From the human T2T-CHM13v2.0 reference genome, Homo sapiens, in the NCBI RefSeq assembly GCF_009914755.1, contig NC_060930.1: DNA of 64,000 bases. One strand, given 5' to 3'. This document shows positions 54,834 to 64,000 of the stretch, piece after piece (position 1 is the first letter of the stretch; every line of letters starts with the position of its first letter). Below the pieces are notes generated by a model. The model was given only the letters and a program-made list of their open reading frames with translations. It had not been told where the DNA came from and made no database searches. The translations under genes and the position numbers were made by a program.

Positions 54834-56486
54834 TCCAGTTTAGAACCTAATATCAGTTGAACTTATATTAGCAGGTAACTGATGTGGTTTGCCTCTGCAA
54901 CTTGTGGTCTGTTTTTCTATTATTCTCCCTTGAAATAGTGGGATGACTGCAAGCTTTGTCTACATGGGTAAAGTGTGCATTGTAGCATGACTGACTTTAG
55001 TATGTATCAAAAGGGCCCAGTCAGTTTGTTTAGGGTCCAGCCAATATGGATGGACTTACTCTGGCATGTAGATGTCATCCATTACTCTGGGAACATATCA
55101 TTTTCCCCTCTTGGTCAGATCTGTATTTCGTTTAAAATATCTTGTCTGTTGGAAGGTTTACATTAGACTCTGCTGTACTTTTTCATGTATCAGCACCTAT
55201 ATTTCTAGTTCTCCTCTGGCAGACTGTTGCATTTCCTTAATAGCAGCTCTCTGCTTGTATCACAGGATTAAAATGGCTGTGATTCACACGGGGAAGTGGG
55301 TCTGGGGTGCCAAGACATTAGTGGCTCAGTTGTTTCATAGACAGTATGTGAATTAATTCCTTGATAACTACCCTAGCCCATTTCTGCTCTCACTCCTTGG
55401 CAGTTCTGAGCATATGGACTTCCTCTTCTCTGCCAGAAAGAAGAGCTTCCACTCCTGTTGTGTCATTTGGCTCCGTTCTGGTGGTTTATTATTAATAAGA
55501 TTCCATCTCCTTTCTATCTTTCAGGTGAATGCTAGATCAGAAAATGCTTACTAATTGAGAGTAGGACTTAACGCACAAGCAAAACTTATTATATCATGGT
55601 TCTTTTAATCAATATTTGACTATCTAGTTTGCAAACAATAATAAGTATTGTAGAAGATCAAAAGGAAGAAAAAAGTCCTTCATCCCAGGACTTTGGAATC
55701 TAGGAGGATTCAAATAATAATAATGAAGGAATAAGAACATTAAAAGACCCAAAAGAAATAAATGAGCATGTTATGAATCATACAGAATCACACTTTTGAA
55801 CTGACTACTGCAGAAAACCCTGATATGTTTGAATCATGAATTAGGGCCACGCCAATGAGGAGCTACCACGACCTCATTCCCAAGCTGTATGTAGGATAAA
55901 GTTGCTAAATCTGAAGGGCTGGTAGCTCAAGAGGATAATGTCTAACAGCGATGAAGCTACTGCTGAAACAGGTGGAATGGAGTTTCAGGCTCTTCCCAGG
56001 TGCTTCCTTGGGCTTCTCTGTAAGCTATTATAAGCTAAGCAATTGAGGGTAAGACTTAAAGCACAAGCAAAACGTACTATATCACGGTTCTTTTAATAGA
56101 AAAACTATTAAAAGAAATACAATAAATATAATAAAAACTATTCACTCATAGCATATATATTTCCTCCTGATATCTAATTATGTCCTTACTCTCATTTCCC
56201 TTTCTTATTTAGCATGGATGTACAGACCTGGATTTGAGTCCTTCATTCATTACTCATTAACTGGTTAATCTTAGTTGAGTTCTTAAGCCTCCTTAACATC
56301 CCACTTATATAAAATAGGGTCAATAGTAGGACCTAATTAATAGGATTGTTTTGAGGAAAGTACACAGTACCTAACAAGTAATAAGAATTCAATAAATGCT
56401 AGTTACTTTTACTATTTAAGTTTTTGCCATATTTATTTATTTAATAGAAAAACTATTATCAGGAGTAAATATATAGTGCACCAGGG

Positions 56487-57126
56487 CACATTAGTTTTCT
56501 ATTTTCTGTGCAATAAATTACCACAAACCTATCAAGTTAATACAGTACAAATTTATTATCTCACAGTTTCCATAGGTAAGAAGTCTGGACGTGGCAAGGC
56601 TGGTTTCTCTGCTCAGGGTCTCATAAGTCTGAAATGATGGTGTCAACCAGACTGAGTTCTTGGCTGGAGACTCTGGGGAAAAACTGACTTCTAAATTCAT
56701 TATCGTTTTTGGCAGAATTCAGTTTCTTGCAGTTATAAAACTGAGGTCCTGGTTACTTTGCTAGCTGTCAGTGGGGGGCTGCTCTCAGCTCCTAGAGGCC
56801 ACCCTTACCATATGGCCCCCTTTCTATTCCAGTTGTTGTGCCAAGTCAAATCCTGTCATGTTTCAAGTCTTTAACTTTGTCTTTGACCTCTAGACCCAGA
56901 TTTAAGGGGCTCCTGTGATTAGGTTGGGCCCATCCAAATCATCTCCCTTTTGATTAACTTAGAGTCAACTCATTAGCATCCCAAATTACATCTGCAAGAT
57001 CTTTTTTGCTGTGTAACTTAACAGAAGTGATGTCCTTTCATATCCAAGGGTTCCTCTTACAGTTAAAGGGAGGGAATTGTACAAGAATGGGTCCTTGAGA
57101 ATCATTTTAGAATTATGACTACCACG
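56487..57126 (-). mobile_element. MaLR solo LTR, MLT1E/F-like
   Basis: aaattaccacaaac...atttattatctcacagtttc...ggcagaattcagtttcttgc...ctaccacg; perfect TSD caggg. Confidence 0.88.
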
Positions 57127-57469
57127 CAGGGTCTCAGAAATTGCATTCCCCGTGACACCAACACTAAAGGAGGAGAAAAAAAAAACATCCCCTTCCCCTT
57201 CCTCCATTCATATCTACCCCCATTAATTTCATCCATGTGCAGCCAAACTCCTCTGAAAAAGAAAAGCAAGAAATTCTTTATTGTGTTGAGAGGATTCTGC
57301 CCTTGTGCTTTGTGTTGAGGTCTATTTTTACCAGGCTAAATGAGCACTATAAGGGACTTAAAGTAAGAAATGCTTTACTTTTTCTATTCTTAACCTGACA
57401 ATCAACCTGAAAACCCTGATCCCCTACCAAGAAAAGGCAAACGAATCAAATTTACATTGACAAAGTATC

Positions 57470-57640
57470 TACAATAGGCATGGCACAAGCTTTACATATT
57501 TATATATAAGTTCACTTCTTTCTCAATAGCACGTCTGAATATTATCTCCATTTTATGGAAGACAAACCTAGGAGATAAAATAACCTGCTCAAGGCCACAG
57601 AAGTGAAGTAAAGAAGCTAGGACTGTCATCTAGGCTGAGG
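57470..57640 (-). mobile_element. MIR SINE
   Basis: attatctccattttatggaag...aacctgctcaaggccacag. Confidence 0.6.
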
Positions 57641-58289
57641 ATTGTTAAATATATTAGTACAAGCCCTAGATGTCAGCTACTAAAAAAGACAACTATTTTT
57701 ATTAGCAGATGTGAGACAGGCATGAGGATGTACAAGTTACTTTGCTTAGCATCATGAGCAAAGCTTCATTGACCTTCAAGGAAAGTGTCTAAAGATCTAA
57801 ATTTAGTTCCAGGGCTTGACCTACTAAAGCAGTCATCATACTTGCAAAATTCTCATTCTCATTCTCATTCATCCACAGACCATAAGCCAGTGTCCCAACT
57901 AGGGACTTGAAGATGAGTCTACAGAGATGACCAGAGCGGTGCTGGGTGAACTTCATTTTCCTTTCCTAGTCAAGAAGGCTTAAGTAATAGTATGAGGAAA
58001 TACCTGAAGACCCAAACCCTGGTAGAAAAGACACTGCTGTCATGGCAACATTCTAAGTATATTTTTATTTATTCTTTTTTTTTTACAGAAAAAAATATTT
58101 ACAGTGGTTTACAGATTTTTTAAATATGACAAAATAACATAAATAGTAAAAGTAACTAGCATATATTGAATTCTTATTACTTTTTAGGTACTGTGTACTT
58201 TTCTCAAAACAATCCTATTAATTAGGTCCTACTATTGACCCTATTTTATATAAGTGGGATGTTAAAGAGGCTTAAGAACACAACTAAGA

Positions 58290-58630
<341 letters not shown>

Positions 58631-58939
58631 TTAATGAGTAATGAATAAAGGACTCAAATCCAGGCCTGTACATCTGGTAAACAAGAAAGGGAAATGAGAG
58701 TAAGGACATAATTAGATATCAGAAGTAAATATATATATGCTATGATATATGCTACGAATTACTATATACTTGCTAACGGAAGGAGACAAATTGGACTTAA
58801 AACTTTCAGATGGTACAAAGAAAGAAAACTGATAAATCACTAGCCTCAATGTCTATTTCTAGTGTTCCTAACATAAAATCTATTACTCAACTATGTATGA
58901 CACTGTAAACATACTCAGTATGACAAGTGAAAACATTAT

Positions 58940-59295
58940 TTTTGATTTTAGGTTTTTTTGTTTTTGTTTTTGTTTTTGAAATAGGGCTTGCTCTATTATC
59001 CAGGCTGGAGTTCAGTGGTGTGATCATGGCTCACTGTAGCCTTGTAGCCTCAATCTCCTGGGCTCAAGCAATCCACCCAACTCAGCCTCTTGAGTAGCTG
59101 GGACTACAGGCAGTATATACACCGCACCACACCAGGCTAAGTTCTAAGCTTTTATTTTTTATTTTTTATTTTTTTTGGAGAGACAGGGTCTCACTATGTT
59201 GTTCAGGCTGGTCTCAAACTTCTGGCATCAAGTGATCCTTCCACCTCAGCCTCCCAAAATGTTGAGATTACAGATACAAGCCACTACTCCTGGCT
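58940..59295 (-). mobile_element. AluJ-like SINE
   Basis: gatcatggctcactgtagcc, ctcctgggctcaagcaatcc; flanking repeat aaaacatt. Confidence 0.92.
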
Positions 59296-59354
59296 AAAAA
59301 ACATTCCGTTTAGAATATTTGTGGAGAGCACCCTGCATTACTGTATGTATATCT

Positions 59355-59590
59355 AAGAGCTAATATTGCTGAACATTTATTCTGGGTCAGGCAGTTTATG
59401 TTTGTTTTATCCTTAATTCTTATCATCCTATGGTGTGAGTACTATTATTATTCTCATTTTACATATGAGCAAATTGAGACTTAGAGAGATGATATATAAT
59501 AGGTCCAAGGTTACATAGCTAGTAAGTGGTAATGTCAAGATTAAATTCAAGTAGTCAGGTAGAACTTGTAATCACTATGCTATGTTGCCT
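59355..59590 (-). mobile_element. MIR SINE
   Basis: ctcattttacatatgagcaaattgagacttagagag...ccaaggttacatagctagtaagtgg. Confidence 0.8.
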
Positions 59591-60711
59591 CCAATTAGCA
59601 ATTTATCAGTAGCCTTACAGTAGTTTATTGGTGCTATTTCTTATAGCATCACTAAATATACATATTAATCCAAAGTACAGGACAGTTAAGCAAAAAAGAA
59701 ATTGCTGGGAGTCTGCCTACTCTGGAGTGTAGGCAGAGAAATATTCCATCAGTCCAGGGATAGATTTCAGAGCGCTTGGAGCATGAATTCTCAACATGGG
59801 CAATACCATCCAAAAGCAGATGATTATTTGTTCTTAGGAGGCCAGAAAATCTTAGATATTAAAATAGCTTGTAGACTTCTAAAAAGCCACAGTACATAAA
59901 TATATATACCACTTATCTCTGATATTCAAGTTTCTCTAGGAGCAGGAAGGTGATAAGGAGAAAAATGTCTAAAAATGCTCCATAAGTGAGCAATTTGAAA
60001 AGCAAAAGGTTGAGAAATAACTGTTTAGAGAAATAGATGGACTGCATGTTCTTCAGATTATCTTCATAAATATTATTTCTCTCACCTGCAGATTTGATAG
60101 CTACAGAGTATCACCACATTCCAGACTGTCTACTCCGATAGGATCAAAAGTGAAGTTAGTCTGTTACCAGTTGAATACAAATAGTTATGCCCAAGCAGGT
60201 ATCTGTGAAGGGATAGATTTGACATTTTAACTTGATAATTGAGTTGCCTAACAACTCAGTTATTAGGTCAGTGTTAGGACCCAAATGCCACTTTTGCTAG
60301 AAATCTGTAGATCATGCCAAGATTCTGCTTATAATGGATTCAAAATTACTTTATACCATGTAAATACATAAGTGGTCAAAGGTGCAAAATTTTATTCCAA
60401 ATGTTCAGAATAATGTTAGTTTAAAAGTTTTCTGCTACTGGGAAGGGAACAAAAAGCCCTCATCTTATTTAAGGGACTAATAATACATACCTCTGAGTAA
60501 ATTATCCCTCTCCCACTCACACAACTTTTGAATGTGCTTCTAAAAAACGTTTCACTTGTTCATGGAACATCTACCAAGGTAATGGCTTCAGATTTAGATT
60601 AATTAAATCATAGCTCTCTTTTCTGGCAAGAATCAGGTTGCAGTTTTGGTGGTCCATTAATTCCATCCCCAAAAGGATGATGGAGTAAGCTAATGCAGCT
60701 TTCTCCTATCT

Positions 60712-61157
60712 GGTCAGGGATTTTACCCTACTTATAAGTTAATAAGTAAGCCTGTTGCTGCTTCAGGAATGCTAGTAGAAGACACAAGACTCCTGAATCA
60801 GAGACAAAGGACTTTATTAATCATGGCAAAGCAAGCAACACAAGCACCAGCGTCTTTGCATCAGTTCCCCCTTGATCCCCATGTCCCATAGGGGTGAAAC
60901 ATAGAGTCCAGGTTGATGCAGTGGCTTTGTCTTACAGCCAAGGAACACTTAGATTGGAAACCTGCTGTTTTTATAGCAAGCAGTAAGCAAGCCTGCTCTT
61001 TGTTCCAGAGGAACACATTATCTTATCCCTCAAGGTTGCTTGCTACAAACACAACACTGAAAAATGACCAGGTAAGAGTCGTTAGAGACTTGAATTCTTT
61101 GCATATTCAGCAAGAAAACAGGAACAAAAGATACCCAAGGAGGAGTGTCTCCCAACA
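60712..61157 (-). mobile_element. ERVL solo LTR, LTR40-like
   Basis: Reverse strand starts tgttgggagacactcctcc; gattttaccctactt...gaagacacaagactcctgaatcagagacaaaggactttatt (AATAAA on minus strand). Confidence 0.8.
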
Positions 61158-61457
61158 TCTCTCCCCTGGAGTTCTCTTTACTCTGATTTCAATGAGTTGT
61201 GATTCTTCCAAAAAAATACTGTGGATACATTTTATTGTCATACTTAACTCCTTGTCCCACTACCTTTATTTCCTGTGGGCTTTTTCTGACTTAGGTAGAG
61301 GAATTTCCTGCAAAGTAAGCTGCCATAATTACCCACTTTACTATGGTCTTTATTAATTGTCTATATGTAAATTAAATTATTCACCTTATAAAAAGATGCT
61401 AGCAAATTTGAGAAAACAATCATCATCCATATTTGAGTTGCCTCAAAATTTAAAAGC

Positions 61458-61781
<324 letters not shown>

Positions 61782-62737
61782 TCAACTTGGGTTTCTTTGG
61801 TATGCTTAAGCATTAGTACCCATTATAAACTTACAGTTATTTCTAATTGTACTTACCCACACAGTCTTTTGGAAAATGACAGTGCTACTCAGTAGGAAGA
61901 TAATATTTATTGATACTAAATTAATATGGTTGGAATAATCTTTTCATCAATATTACAATGCCCTCTTTTCCACAAATAGGACACATTATAAGAGCCCTAT
62001 TTTCCTACAGAGCACTATCAATTCTTATATATTCAATTTTTAATTTAAATAGATTTATTAACAGTTTAAACATAAATGACTAGCAAAATAGTCAAAAGAA
62101 TTAGTGTCTCTAGGAAACAAAGTAGAGGAAGAGGAATTTACAATAGATTTTATTTGACTCCATGCAACATCTCTGCAGCAGGGTATAAATATTTGAAGAG
62201 GTGTGTCTTGAGTCCAAACAAAAAAATAAAAAGGACTCTTGCATCCCAGGAGAATTTATATTTAAACTAAGCTATTTGTACTTGTTGCCCAAGACATATT
62301 TTAGCACAGTATTTTTGTGGATCTCATTTCTATAATGATTTATTTGCGCTTTGCCATGTGTAGTTAGGTTCTGGTGAAATCAGATGATCAAATATTGGCA
62401 TCTTACTCAGTTTGTGTTTTATAGACATGGCCTTATGTACAAGTTTGCTTTTCATCTTTTTGCACTGGAAATTTTGTATTCTTTCCTTGATATGATAACT
62501 GCATTGAGCTCCTGTTTAGAAATAATCTGTGGTCAACAAACCAAGGATTTAAGTTCCAAAGCATATTAGACTCATAAAACTGGTATAGTCAAACACCTGA
62601 ATCCCTTAGATTAAAAATATAAAGACAAAGAGAAGGCGCTTAAGTAAGTTAAAGCTGCCTTGGGGCACCAGCAAGTTATGGGTTGGCGGGTTTTATAAGA
62701 CTACTTACCATGCCATTCAATTTAAAAAAAGAGAGCA

Positions 62738-62751
62738 GTTACCATGGCAAC
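62738..62751. promoter_or_regulatory. Candidate RFX X-box (gttaccatggcaac)
   Basis: 13/14 match to the palindrome GTTGCCATGGCAAC, in unique sequence; motif evidence only. Confidence 0.45.
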
Positions 62752-64000
62752 GCCACATCTAATGGTGCTTATGCTACCTCTGAGATACAAAATACCTTCT
62801 TCCAGGGACACATTGACCAACGCAGCCTGTTATGGGAAGTTTTTCATGCCTAATGTTAGCCTTAGAAGACAAAAACTGTATTTCAAGAATATGAGGAATA
62901 TACAAACACACACAGAGATCTTAGTTTGCAACATTCAAATATCACAACACATTTTTAACTCATTTTCTTTCTTTTCCAACATTTTTAAGGATGAAGTTAT
63001 TTTTCTAAACTTCAGGAAAATAAAATTCATTTAAGAGAAACATGTATAGTTTTGCTGATATATGGACATAGAAGTATTTTAAATTCTTCCATAACAGCTA
63101 CCAAATATGTATAATTTTCTATTGGAATAACACTTTGAGCTCCTGACTATTAATACAGAAATTTGGATATTACTCGTGTTTCAGTAAATTATATATTAAC
63201 TCCTGGCCAGAAAAATATGTTAAAGTCTTATTCATTTTTTAAAAAATTAAACCTCTTAAATGAAATAATTACTTAAGGAAGTAAAAAATAGTTTGGCTAA
63301 ATAGTAAAGAATATGGCCTCTATTAATCTCACAAAAAGAAGTTAAATAAATATCAAAGAAAAATATGAATACATAATACAAACAAAACATTTTGGTGTAG
63401 AAGGTAATACCTTTTCTACATTATCTCTCAGATGAGTTTTAAGAAAGTGAGTGGGATGCAACCCATTCCAACTTTTTTCTAAACAATAGGTAAATATGCA
63501 CCAATAAGTATTTTCTTATTCAATGGTGTTTTTATAGAGACCCATGTAAGGACTGTCTTAATGACTATCCAATACTGTGGGGTACTGCACTCAAATCCAG
63601 TGACCACAGCAGAAACAAATACCTAACAAAGGCAGAAGTTATATATCATATACCTTCTTTGTTTCATATATAGTTCTACAGTTACCAATTTGACATTTAC
63701 ATTCCTACTCACTTCTGAAAAAAAGACTTAGTATAGTTGCTGCATGAGTATTAGTGTGCTTTTAATGCAAACGTGGTTTACAACCCAAAGGTTTAATGCT
63801 TGCTCAGAACTCAAAGGTCAACTGTTATCAATGTAAAAAATTACTTTTTTAACAAAAAGTAAACAAAGTAAAAGTTTGTTGGAAAGTAAAAATTATTGTT
63901 ACTTCAATCACAAAATCACATTTTCATGCAGAAACAATGTAATAAATACAGTTTAAGCTCCCTGGAAGGCTCATAAAGCCTATTTGATCTGGGATATAAC

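Noticed and set aside
60913-61356. 147-aa ORF
   Set aside because: Starts antisense within an LTR40; no recognisable domain or splice context.
61853-62004. Possible minus-strand exon ending TGG|gtaagt
   Set aside because: Weak acceptor, an in-frame stop in the frame following it, and such donors occur by chance in 64 kb.

Overview
AT-rich, repeat-dense primate DNA, probably human or great ape given AluY copies and an L1PA2-type insertion. It looks intergenic or deep intronic. I cannot support any protein-coding gene, RNA gene, CpG island or CRISPR-like array. The supplied ORFs are decayed L1 ORF1/ORF2 fragments, Alu/LTR/microsatellite read-throughs or chance ORFs. Roughly 60% (by eye) is recognisable transposon sequence: a minus-strand L1MC1-like element interrupted by a near full-length L1PA15/16-like element, a near full-length L1MA4-like element, further L1 fragments, about ten MaLR solo LTRs (MST/MLT1), an LTR40, ten Alu/FLAM copies, MER DNA transposons, MIRs and L2s, often nested with visible target-site duplications (TSDs). 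Subfamily names come from remembered consensus motifs and need RepeatMasker/Dfam confirmation. I found no new gene system. The most interesting signal is not explained by repeat annotation: several short local copy-paste events that look like templated insertions or template-switch scars. These are a 435-bp patchwork at 56041-56475 containing a ~290-bp inverted copy of 58121-58745, a ~205-bp inverted copy of 34068-34282 at the L1 junction 20106-20310, a hairpin minisatellite with a copied 60-mer and a foldback at 7425-7833, and a 39-mer copied 1 kb downstream between 8-bp direct repeats.
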